Of a stretch of DNA of 64,000 nt, positions 19,594 to 27,101 are shown in pieces (positions within the stretch are counted from its first letter, which is position 1; each line of letters starts with the position of its first letter). Made by a program: the position numbers and the translations under genes. Under the pieces are notes generated by a model. That model was not told the DNA's origin and searched no databases. It saw nothing but the letters and a program-made list of their open reading frames with translations. Origin of the DNA: Candidatus Rokuibacteriota bacterium (GTDB lineage Bacteria > Methylomirabilota > Methylomirabilia > Rokubacteriales > CSP1-6); NCBI GenBank assembly GCA_016184365.1, contig JACPCW010000088.1, positions 12,068 through 76,067 of the forward strand. Direction: 5' to 3'.

Positions 19594-20552
19594 GACGGAC
19601 AACACAGCTCAGACGGCTGCTCGATCGCGGCGAGCTCATGGTCGCTCCGCTCGCCGATTGTGCGTACACCGCGAAGATCATCGAGGCGGCCGGCTTCCCG
19701 GCGGTGTACCTCTCGGGCGGCGGCACGGCGGGCACACTCTTCGGGGTGCCCGACGCGGGACTCGTCACCTCGAGCGAGACGATGATGGCCGCGCGCCTCA
19801 TGGTCAACGCGGTCAACGTCCCGGTGATCGTCGACGCCGACACGGCGTACGGCAACGCGGTCATCGCCACGCGGACGGCGCGCGATCTCATCCAGGCGGG
19901 CGCCGCCGCGATGCAGATCGAAGACCAAGTGACGCCGAAACGGTGCGGCTGGGTGGCGGGCAAGGAACTCGTTCCGCTCGACGAAGCGGTCGGCAAGCTG
20001 CGCGCTGCCGCCGACGTCCGGAAGGCGCTCGATCCGGACTTCGTCATCGTCGCACGCACCGACGCCCGCGGCGCCGTTGGTGGTGGTCTGGACGAGGCGC
20101 TTCGCCGTGGCCAAGCGTACGTCCAGGCCGGCGCCGACCTGGTGTTCGTCGAAGGCCTGCGGTCCGCGGCCGAACTCGACGCCGTGATCCAGGGCATTCC
20201 GGGTGCGCATCTGAACTGGTCATACGATCTCGACGTCGACGAGGTTCAGCGGCGCGGGCTGAAGGTGTTGCTGTTCAGCGGCGCGGCCGCTGCCGGGCGC
20301 CGAGCGATCTGGGATTTCGTCCACGATCTGCGCCAGCGAGGGACCCAGGCACATCGCGCGCTTCGGGACGTGCAGCGCGGCCATCCGCTCGGGTCGCTCG
20401 AGGCGAACTTCGCGTTCCTCGGGTTCGGCGCGATCCGCGAGTGGGAGGAGCGCTATCTCCCCAAAGAAGCGAACGGCAGCAAATACGAGGAGTCGCTCGG
20501 GTGGCGGCCAACCCGCTTCGGCGCCGCAGGCGGTGCCTCGACGACGCCTTGA
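19590..20552 (+). CDS. ICL/PEPM superfamily protein, KRCGW loop type
   Basis: GTGA overlap with the upstream stop. DADTAYGN, EDQVTPKRCGW and ARTDA motifs; tail FLGFGAIREWEERYLP. Confidence 0.85.
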   Translation: MRRTTQLRRLLDRGELMVAPLADCAYTAKIIEAAGFPAVYLSGGGTAGTLFGVPDAGLVTSSETMMAARLMVNAVNVPVIVDADTAYGNAVIATRTARDLIQAGAAAMQIEDQVTPKRCGWVAGKELVPLDEAVGKLRAAADVRKALDPDFVIVARTDARGAVGGGLDEALRRGQAYVQAGADLVFVEGLRSAAELDAVIQGIPGAHLNWSYDLDVDEVQRRGLKVLLFSGAAAAGRRAIWDFVHDLRQRGTQAHRALRDVQRGHPLGSLEANFAFLGFGAIREWEERYLPKEANGSKYEESLGWRPTRFGAAGGASTTP

Positions 20553-20755
20553 CTCGGCGACCGAAAATGGAGGGTTTCGCGCAGAGTGCCCGGTCTCGAG
20601 TTGCGAAAGGGCACTCCGTCAGGGGCACCGCATCGTCTCGCCTCGGCAACGGCGTGAGGTCCTGCGGGTCGTGTGGTTCCCGGATAGGTCTCACCCAATA
20701 GGTCGTGGGCACCGTGTAGCACTGTGCAAAACTGGCCCCCGCAACCAACAAAAAC

Positions 20756-20788
20756 AAAGGGTTAGCCGTAAGCCCCGGCTAACCCTTT
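20756..20788. terminator. 13-bp perfect hairpin, bidirectional intrinsic terminator candidate
   Basis: AAAGGGTTAGCCG-taagccc-CGGCTAACCCTTT. On the minus strand it is followed by TTTGTTTTTGTTGG, on the plus strand by TTTCGTCGTTCTGTT. Confidence 0.6.
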
Positions 20789-21255
20789 CGTCGTTCTGTT
20801 CGAGTTCTTAGCTCGAGTGGCGCGAGCCAATGCCGCCCCGTTCGGGCGCTCCACAGGTATATGGATGCCTGGCGCGGCGTCGGCGGCGTCGTGGATGCGG
20901 TGCGCGTGGAGGGGTTTCGACTCGTTCACCTCTCAGCCGGCATCCCATGTTCGCGTCGGATGGTTTGGGACGGGCAGGACGCCGTGGGTGGCGTTGAAGG
21001 ATCCGAGGACGGCGGAGACCGGGAGGCCGTAGGAAGCGCCCACCATCTGGACCCGATACTTGCGGTGGCGATATGGTCCATCTGTGTGTGCTCCCGGGTG
21101 GACGCCGTAGCGGACCGTCGCGCTCGTGGGGACGGGTGCGCTTTTAGCGTGACGCGCACAAGATACGAGGGGCTCTGACTTGCGAAAGGAGGAGGAGGTG
21201 GTGAGAAGTCGGCGGGTGCTGCCGTCTCTTTGTCCCCAGCGTCGAACGCGATGGG

Positions 21256-21690
21256 GTGACGCCCATCGATCAGGCACATTGGGTCGACGACGACGCCTTG
21301 GAGATGTTCGGGCGCGTCTTCGGCGGTGCAACGGCTTACCCGAAGGCGCAGGGCATCTGGCGCGACGATGAACGAGGTGGTGCACTCGTGAAGGACGAGC
21401 CTGTTGTCGTGCACTGCTACACGACGCCCGCCGCCATCGAGGACTCCAGGAACCTCGCCAAGCTCGGAGACTTCTGCAGGAGGATGGGCCGCGACGGTCG
21501 CCAAGGAGAGGTCGGCCTGGTGGTCGGCGACGAGTACTTCGCGATCCGCGACTTACCGAGACCTCCTGCGGCGGCGCATCGCTGCGCTCGGCGACGATCG
21601 CTCGCTTCATCTCGAGTCCTCCCGCGAAACCTTGGCCGCCGGGGCAGTTATTCCCACCTCCTGCCGGCGCGCCTCGGTGCTTACCGGTGA
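21256..21690 (+). CDS. hypothetical small protein; C-terminal ~45 aa doubtful
   Basis: The first ~95 aa look like a real fold (FGGAT..GIWRDD..EPVVVHCY..LGDFCRRMGRDGRQGEVGLVVGDEYFAI). The rest is Arg/Pro-rich. The ORF competes with antisense ORFs and has no clear RBS. Confidence 0.35.
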   Translation: MTPIDQAHWVDDDALEMFGRVFGGATAYPKAQGIWRDDERGGALVKDEPVVVHCYTTPAAIEDSRNLAKLGDFCRRMGRDGRQGEVGLVVGDEYFAIRDLPRPPAAAHRCARRRSLASSRVLPRNLGRRGSYSHLLPARLGAYR

Positions 21691-21899
21691 ACCGCGGGCT
21701 GCGTCGTACAGACCCATCGGCTGTTGCCTCGATCGGTTCAGACTCAGCGGCAACGGGGGAGGATTCACCGAACCCAGCTGCTGGAGAAGCTCCGGGAATA
21801 ACAGGCCGAGCCGTACAGGATGGCCGGGCGGCAGACGCTGCGTAGGCCGTACTCACCTCGACCCTCGCGGTCGTCAGCGTCGTCTCAGGTCTCATCTCG

Positions 21900-22499
21900 C
21901 TACGTTCCGCGTTCCTTCTCGCCGTACGCGAATGCCTCGACGAGGACAGGATCCCGCTTCAGGCGCTCGTCCACTTCGACACCGAGCCCGTTGGCCATGC
22001 GACAACGCAGTGCGTAGTAGGCGGTGACCATCACGATCTCGAAGATCTGCTCGTCGGAGAACCCCGCTTGACGGAGCGTTTCGACATCGTCCTTGGTCGC
22101 CCGGTTCGGGTTCAGCGCAAGGAGCTCGACGTGGGCCAGCATGGCCCGCTCCGCGGGTGCGAGAGGTAGGTCTCGCCAGTTCTGGGCCAGGGTGAGCACC
22201 TGTTCCGTGTCGCCTCCGATGACCTGACGGAGAGCCTCTCCGTGAGCGGTCGTTCAGTAGGCGCAGCGGTGCAGCGCCGAGGTCAGGACGGCGATCATCT
22301 CCTGACGGCGCTTACCCAGGGCACAATGCGGGCCGCGGAGCGCCTGGAGAAGCTCGGCCAGCGCGACCATCACGCGCGGGTTGATGCTCGCGGCCGCAGC
22401 GATGTTCGACACGGAGCCATTCAGTTTCCTGATGGTCGTGTACGCTTCTGCCGCGTCGTCCGTAGCCTCCGCTTCTGGAACGGTCTTGATCCAGGTCAT
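21900..22499 (-). CDS. AhpD-like/carboxymuconolactone decarboxylase family protein with in-frame UGA (candidate selenocysteine, CxxU)
   Basis: Two same-frame ORFs (22254-22505 and 21900-22199) are joined by one TGA at 22254-22256. The read-through gives LHRCAY-U-TTAHGE, matching the family signature CxYCxxxH. GAGGAG Shine-Dalgarno 7 nt before ATG 22499. Confidence 0.7.
22227..22243 (-). promoter_or_regulatory. candidate bacterial SECIS hairpin (17 nt)
   Basis: ACGGAGA-GGC-TCTCCGT begins 10 nt after the UGA. A flanking GACC/GGTC pair could extend the stem. Confidence 0.55.
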
Positions 22500-22551
22500 C
22501 GCCACTCTCCTCGAAATGGGTTCTGGACCGACAATTGGTCGGGACGACCGC

Positions 22552-23238
22552 TCACGTCTTCAGCGCGAGGAGGCCCTCCACGACTTCCGTGAGCGTACGA
22601 CCCCGCACCGTCGGCTCGCCCATCGCCGGCTGGAACGCTGACTCCTCCCGCGAGACCCAGCCGGTGGTGAGGCCGGCGCGACCCGCACCCAGAACGTCCC
22701 AGGCGTGCGCCGCGACGAGCGCCAGCGCGGTCGGCGTGACGTCGAGGACGCGCGCCGCATGGAGGTACACCTCGCGGTGTGGCTTCCAGCGCCTCACCTC
22801 GTCGATCGAGATGATCCGCTCGACGAGGGTGGCCAACTCGGCCCGCTCGAGGAGTCGCCGAGTCGTTTCGGCCGCACCGTTGCTCAGCGCAGCCACGCGT
22901 ATCCCGGCGCCGCGGAGTTGCTCGAAGGCGGGGCGGACATCGGAGTGTGGGGGTAACTCGGAGAATCCCTGGAGGACGGTCGCCGCGCTCGACGCCGGCA
23001 GACCGTGCTCGGCCAGCATCACTTCCAGCGCGCCGCCAGCCACCTGGCGGAACGGCACGTAGCCGCCGGCGGCGTCGAGGGCGAAGGCATCGCGCAGGAA
23101 ACGCGCGAACCACTCGGTCAGCCGGCCGTCCGGCAATCCGGCCTCTCGCATCCTGGCCGCGATCGGATCGAGCGAGAACAGCGTGCCGACGACGTCGAAG
23201 GCGACGACCGCCGGGCGGGTCCGCGGCGCGTGAGCCAT
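22552..23238 (-). CDS. haloacid dehalogenase type II (HAD superfamily)
   Basis: Nucleophile motif AFDVVGTLF (DxxGT type), SNG and WD motifs; 228 aa. Confidence 0.75.
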   Translation of the reverse strand: MAHAPRTRPAVVAFDVVGTLFSLDPIAARMREAGLPDGRLTEWFARFLRDAFALDAAGGYVPFRQVAGGALEVMLAEHGLPASSAATVLQGFSELPPHSDVRPAFEQLRGAGIRVAALSNGAAETTRRLLERAELATLVERIISIDEVRRWKPHREVYLHAARVLDVTPTALALVAAHAWDVLGAGRAGLTTGWVSREESAFQPAMGEPTVRGRTLTEVVEGLLALKT

Positions 23239-23266
23239 CCTTCCTCCGTGACGTCAAGGGGCAAGG

Positions 23267-23620
23267 CTATGCCGGCGACGCGAGCCCGGCGAGCCACGTC
23301 GTCAGCCAGTACAGCGCGGCGTACACGATAACCATCGTGCCGGCGACGAGGCCGATCAATCGCCACTGCTGGCGCGCCCCACGGAGCGAGCACGACTTCC
23401 TCGCCCTGAGGATCACGATGACGCCCGCAACGGCGACCGCCAGTCCGGCAAGCCGAAAGTACCAGCCGTACTCGTAGTAGAGCGTATTGCCCAGACCGAT
23501 CGCGAAACTCACGGTGCCCAGTCCGAGTAGCACGAGGGCGGCAGGGGTGACACAGCAGGCGATGCCGACGAGGCCCGCGATCGCACCGAGGAGAAAGCCG
23601 CCACCCTCCGCGATCCTCAT
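23267..23620 (-). CDS. small CC-motif membrane protein, MerT/MerF-like
   Basis: ATGA overlap with the upstream gene. The first TM carries GIACCVTPAALVLLGLG, comparable to the MerT ACCLGPLVLIALG. There are 3-4 TM segments. Confidence 0.55.
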   Translation of the reverse strand: MRIAEGGGFLLGAIAGLVGIACCVTPAALVLLGLGTVSFAIGLGNTLYYEYGWYFRLAGLAVAVAGVIVILRARKSCSLRGARQQWRLIGLVAGTMVIVYAALYWLTTWLAGLASPA

Positions 23621-24249
23621 GCGCGGAGATCGATCGCCGTGCGGCTCAGGGTCTCCAGCGAGCGATCTTCGAAAGGATCGGCGCCGCCATGGCTTCGACG
23701 ATACTCCTCGATCGTTCGCGCCTTCTCTTCCTGCAGCGTTTCGATCTCGGGACGAAAGGCCTCGAAGGCGAGGTTCACGAAGCGGATGAGCGGCGCGATC
23801 AGCGGCCGCGATCCACCACCCCCGGCCCTCGACATGTCTGCCTCGGCGCGTTGGTCCTCGATCCGGAAGCGTCGCACGTAATTCTTGAGGTTCGGGAGGC
23901 TCTCCTCGGCGTCGCCCACCGCCCACAGGTTCACGGTGAACAGCGCCGTGGGCCAGCCGTCCGGCGCCATCGATATCGCGACCAGGTGGGCCACGCGATC
24001 GGGGAACAGCCGGACGGTGTGGAAATGCCCTGCCTCGTGGTCGGCATTCTCATGGCGATGGTAGTAGAACTGCGAACGCGTGCTCCGGTCGAAGACGCCG
24101 TACTCGCCCGGATAGATCACCCACGGCTCGGGAACCTCGTGGCCGCACAGGCGCTCGACGACGCTGGTGCCTTCCTGCTCGAAGGTCTCGAGCAGTTGCC
24201 GGAGCTCGATAGCAGCCTGCGCAGGAGAGCGTGTCGCCCTGTCGGTCAT
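23617..24249 (-). CDS. hypothetical protein with His-rich YYHRHENADHEAGHFH motif
   Basis: Coherent ~210-aa sequence from MTDRATRS. The start is uncertain because the ORF stays open up to 24462. Confidence 0.6.
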   Translation of the reverse strand: MTDRATRSPAQAAIELRQLLETFEQEGTSVVERLCGHEVPEPWVIYPGEYGVFDRSTRSQFYYHRHENADHEAGHFHTVRLFPDRVAHLVAISMAPDGWPTALFTVNLWAVGDAEESLPNLKNYVRRFRIEDQRAEADMSRAGGGGSRPLIAPLIRFVNLAFEAFRPEIETLQEEKARTIEEYRRSHGGADPFEDRSLETLSRTAIDLRA

Positions 24250-24549
24250 CGCCGGAGGCGCCGAGGGCCAGACCGCTCGGTCACTGGCCGGTCTTGCAGG
24301 CGAGGAGAGCGTCGACGAGAGCCCGGCCGTCGCGCTGGGTCCACGAGCGCGGCCCGATCGCTCCTCTTCAGCGCATCGCCGAGCGACGTCTTCTTTCGCG
24401 AGGTACCGCTCACGCATCGTGCGCGCGCGCGGTGGGGGAAACGGCGGCGTCGAAACCGACATGCCGCCAGCGCTCGGCGTGGCGGCGCGCGGTGAGGGCG
24501 AGAGGTCTGCGCCTCGCCGGTGCCACCACAGGCTCGCCGGCCGAAGTCA

Positions 24550-25260
24550 CTACTTCTTCTTCGGCCCGGCGGCGCACGGGTTCTTCGCCGCGCACGGATT
24601 CTTGGCCGCGCAGGGGTTCTTGGCGGCGCACGGGTTGACGGGCGCCGCGCCCATCGCCACCGGCTTGACCTTCATCGTGGTGCCGGTGCCGAAGACGTAG
24701 TCGTTGGCCTTGGCCTGCTGATGGCAGGCGGCGCAGAAGTTCGTTGCCTGTCCTGCCTTGCCGCTGCCACTCATCTGGACCGCGCCCTCGGGATCGACGA
24801 TCGCGTAGTGCCAGTCACCGTTGGCGCCGTCGTAGCCCTTCCTGCGCTTCTCCATCACGAAGACGTTGCCCTTCGCCCCCGGCTTGCCGCCCTGCCCCTC
24901 GAAGGACTCCTTGACCAGGACGGCACCGGCCGGGAACGGGAACTTGCCCTGCGTACCTGCGGGCTCGGCTGTCTTGTTCAGGTAGGTGAACACATAGGTG
25001 TTGCCGTGGGTCGCGCTGAGCACCGGCTCGCTGTTGACCTTCTTCCAGTTCTTGTACTGCTTGGCCGCCGCCTGCGCGGCGGGATCCTTCGCGGCAGCGC
25101 TGCCCTTTGCCGCGCACGGGTTCTTCGCAGCACACGGGTTCGCCGCACAGGGGTTCTTGGCGGCGCAGGGGTTGGCCTTGGCCTGAGCGAGCACGTCGGT
25201 CGCGCCACCGGCGACGAGTACGCCAACCACGGCCAGGGCGGTGAACGTCTGTCGGATCAT
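24550..25260 (-). CDS. secreted cytochrome P460-like haem protein flanked by NPCAAK Cys repeats
   Basis: AGGAGGAG Shine-Dalgarno and a signal peptide ending DVLAQA. The central domain contains GDWHY and the haem motif CAACH. It has 4 N-terminal and 4 C-terminal NPCAA(K) units. Confidence 0.8.
   Translation of the reverse strand: MIRQTFTALAVVGVLVAGGATDVLAQAKANPCAAKNPCAANPCAAKNPCAAKGSAAAKDPAAQAAAKQYKNWKKVNSEPVLSATHGNTYVFTYLNKTAEPAGTQGKFPFPAGAVLVKESFEGQGGKPGAKGNVFVMEKRRKGYDGANGDWHYAIVDPEGAVQMSGSGKAGQATNFCAACHQQAKANDYVFGTGTTMKVKPVAMGAAPVNPCAAKNPCAAKNPCAAKNPCAAGPKKK
24568..24636 (-). repeat. coding tandem repeat, about 18-nt unit (NPCAAK x4, C-terminal)
   Basis: GCGCACGGGTTCTTCGCC-like units are visible on the plus strand. 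Confidence 0.9.
25105..25173 (-). repeat. coding tandem repeat (NPCAAK x4, N-terminal of mature protein)
   Basis: Same unit as 24568-24636 and 62988-63146. Confidence 0.9.
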
Positions 25261-25319
25261 GGAACACTCCTCCTGGGAGGGATCAGCTCTCGAAGCATGG
25301 GCTCCCCCTTCGCGCCCCG

Positions 25320-25348
25320 TAAGACGGGGCGAACCTGCCACGAGGTTC
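25320..25348 (-). promoter_or_regulatory. ECF-type promoter candidate GAACC-N17-CGTCTTA
   Basis: Read on the minus strand; the -10 ends about 60 nt upstream of ATG 25260. Confidence 0.65.
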
Positions 25349-25548
25349 ACGGGACCCACACCTTTCCGCGTCACCGATGAATCGAATCTGCAGGGCCCCC
25401 GATTCGCTCCTACGGACATGAGCTGGCTGGCGTGGCTTCCTGGTGCAGGGGCGCTGATCGCCCTGTTCGTTGTGTGGGACCTGATCTCCTGCGGCGGGAG
25501 ACGAGGCAGGGAGTCCTTCTTCGACCGACCAGACCGGGACGCGCCGTG

Positions 25549-26892
25549 ATGGCGGAGCCGACACGCGTCGTGATCCTGGGCGGCGGATTCGGGGGCACTG
25601 CCGTGGCCCGCCGGCTCGAGCGGCTCGTTGGCCGAGACGCGTCGGTCGAGATCACGCTGGTCGATCGCGAGAACTTCGCCCTCTTCACCCCGCTGCTGCC
25701 CGAGGTCCCGTCCGGGGCGGTCGAGCCCAAGCACGTGGTGTCACCGCTCCGGGCGCTGCTGCGGCGCACGATCGTGCGTCACGCCGAGGTCCGCAGCATC
25801 GACTTCGCGAAGCGGACGGTGCTGGTGTCCCACTGCCCGAGATGTCGCATTGCCGTGCTGCCCTGGGATCACCTCGTCCTGGCTCTCGGGTCGGTCCCGA
25901 ACTTCTTCGGGCTGCCGAATGTCGCCGCTCACGCGCTCACGATGAAGAACCTGGCCGACGCCTCGGCGCTCCATGCCCACGTCGTCGACAAGTTCGAGCA
26001 CGCCGACATGGAGGAGGACCCCGCGGTCCGGCGCGAGCTCCTGACCTTCATCGTGGTCGGCGGCGGCTTCGCGGGCGTGGAGACGGCCGGGGAGCTGAAC
26101 GACTTCGTCCGGGGGGCGGGACCCTTCTATCCCCGCCTGGGCCGCGACGATGTCCGCGTCGTCCTCGTGCACCTGGGCTCGCGCATCCTGCCCGAGGTCA
26201 GCGAGCCACTCTCGGCGTACGCGTTGACGAAGCTCCGCAGCCGTGGCGTCGACGTCCGGCTGGCAACGCGGATCGACGAGTACACCGGAACACTTGCGCG
26301 CCTGTCGTCCGGCGACGAGATCCCGAGCCGGACGCTCGTGTGGACGGCCGGGATCGTGGCGAATCCGGTGCTCGGCGCGCTCGGCGTGCCGACCACGTCG
26401 GCGGGAAAGGTGGAGGTGACGGACACCCTCGAGGTGAAGGGCTGCCGGGGAGTGTGGGCGCTCGGCGACTGCGCGGTGGTTGTCGATCGGGCTACGGGCC
26501 GGCCATACCCGCCGACGGCCCAGCACGCGGTCCGGCAGGGGCGGCGCGTGGCCGACAACATCGTGGCGACGATCCGAGGACGGGCCTCGACGCCGTTCGC
26601 GCACAGGCCCCTGGGCATCCTCGCCGGGCTTGGTCGCCACTCCGCGGTGGCGGAGATCCTCGGCTTCCGGTTCTCGGGGTTCTTCGCCTGGTGGCTCTGG
26701 CGAACCGTCTATCTCCTCAAGCTCCCGGGCCTCGAGCGGAAGGTGCGGGTCGCGCTGGACTGGACGCTCGATCTGTTCTTCCCGCGCGACATCGTCTACC
26801 TCCGCCCGCTGCACCTGTCGCAGGGGTCCGGACCGGTCGGGGGAGAGGTACCTGCGCACGAGCCGGACCCTCGAGGCTCCGGCCCGCGCTGA
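25549..26892 (+). CDS. ndh: type II NADH dehydrogenase (NDH-2)-like FAD oxidoreductase
   Basis: RVVILGGGFGGTAVARRL and FIVVGGGFAGVETAGEL dinucleotide folds, plus a C-terminal membrane-associating helix region. Confidence 0.8.
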   Translation: MAEPTRVVILGGGFGGTAVARRLERLVGRDASVEITLVDRENFALFTPLLPEVPSGAVEPKHVVSPLRALLRRTIVRHAEVRSIDFAKRTVLVSHCPRCRIAVLPWDHLVLALGSVPNFFGLPNVAAHALTMKNLADASALHAHVVDKFEHADMEEDPAVRRELLTFIVVGGGFAGVETAGELNDFVRGAGPFYPRLGRDDVRVVLVHLGSRILPEVSEPLSAYALTKLRSRGVDVRLATRIDEYTGTLARLSSGDEIPSRTLVWTAGIVANPVLGALGVPTTSAGKVEVTDTLEVKGCRGVWALGDCAVVVDRATGRPYPPTAQHAVRQGRRVADNIVATIRGRASTPFAHRPLGILAGLGRHSAVAEILGFRFSGFFAWWLWRTVYLLKLPGLERKVRVALDWTLDLFFPRDIVYLRPLHLSQGSGPVGGEVPAHEPDPRGSGPR

Positions 26893-26900
26893 GGGCGTGC

Positions 26901-27101
26901 ATGAGCCTCTGCGCATCGTGCGGGGCCCAGCTCTCGGGTGACTCGAGCCTGTGTTCACATCATCTCCTTACGCACGGAGACGACTGGGCGGTCGCGAACC
27001 GCATCATGTGCGACCTCCTCCACCGGAAACAGGCACCGCCCGATGTTCCTTCGAACGAGCCGAGCGACCCCAGCCGCGCGTCCGTGGCCGAGGCCGCGTA
27101 A
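26901..27101 (+). CDS. small hypothetical protein with CxxC..CxHH motif
   Basis: 66 aa starting MSLCASCGAQLSGDSSLCSHH. The stop abuts the next ATG (TAAATG). Confidence 0.4.
   Translation: MSLCASCGAQLSGDSSLCSHHLLTHGDDWAVANRIMCDLLHRKQAPPDVPSNEPSDPSRASVAEAA

Noticed and set aside
1-20552. Phosphonate biosynthesis, suggested by the many 'PEP mutase' family genes.
   Set aside because: All paralogs retain the lyase-type loop Cys (K/R-x-C-G). No phosphonopyruvate decarboxylase, aminotransferase or phosphonate-type genes accompany them. The LeuCD-like and PrpD context fits carboxylic-acid catabolism instead.
20553-21060. Possible tmRNA or tRNA-like gene. The cues were GGAGGGTTTCG (about 20568) and GGAGGGGTTTCGAC (about 20908), which resemble the tmRNA 5' region. 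Others were GCGCCCACCA (about 21035), resembling an acceptor 3' end, and a hairpin at 20756-20788 with TAA in its loop, like a tag-stop helix.
   Set aside because: No GTTCGA-type T-loop precedes the ACCA. The only complementary acceptor strand (GGGCGCT at 20853) is ~190 nt away, too short for tmRNA. Candidate tag frames end in non-canonical residues (..GLAVSPG or ..GLAGAYG). I also found no convincing tRNA cloverleaf anywhere in the window. An Infernal or ARAGORN run would settle this.
25331-25345. Sigma-54-like TGGCAG boxes inside two ECF-type spacers (minus strand at 25340-25335 and 62770-62765), and TGGCACATCGTGCC at about 62848. I considered these because a sigma-54 activator is encoded at 51057.
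   Set aside because: None has the GG-N10-GC spacing with a TTGC -12 box. The spacings I counted were 8 nt or had no GC element.
25384-25412. A tenth ECF-like site, GAATC-N17-GCTCCTA, facing the NDH-2 gene and back-to-back with the 25320-25348 site.
   Set aside because: The -10 differs at the two most conserved positions (GC instead of CG), so I do not count it. Transcription-start mapping could rescue it.
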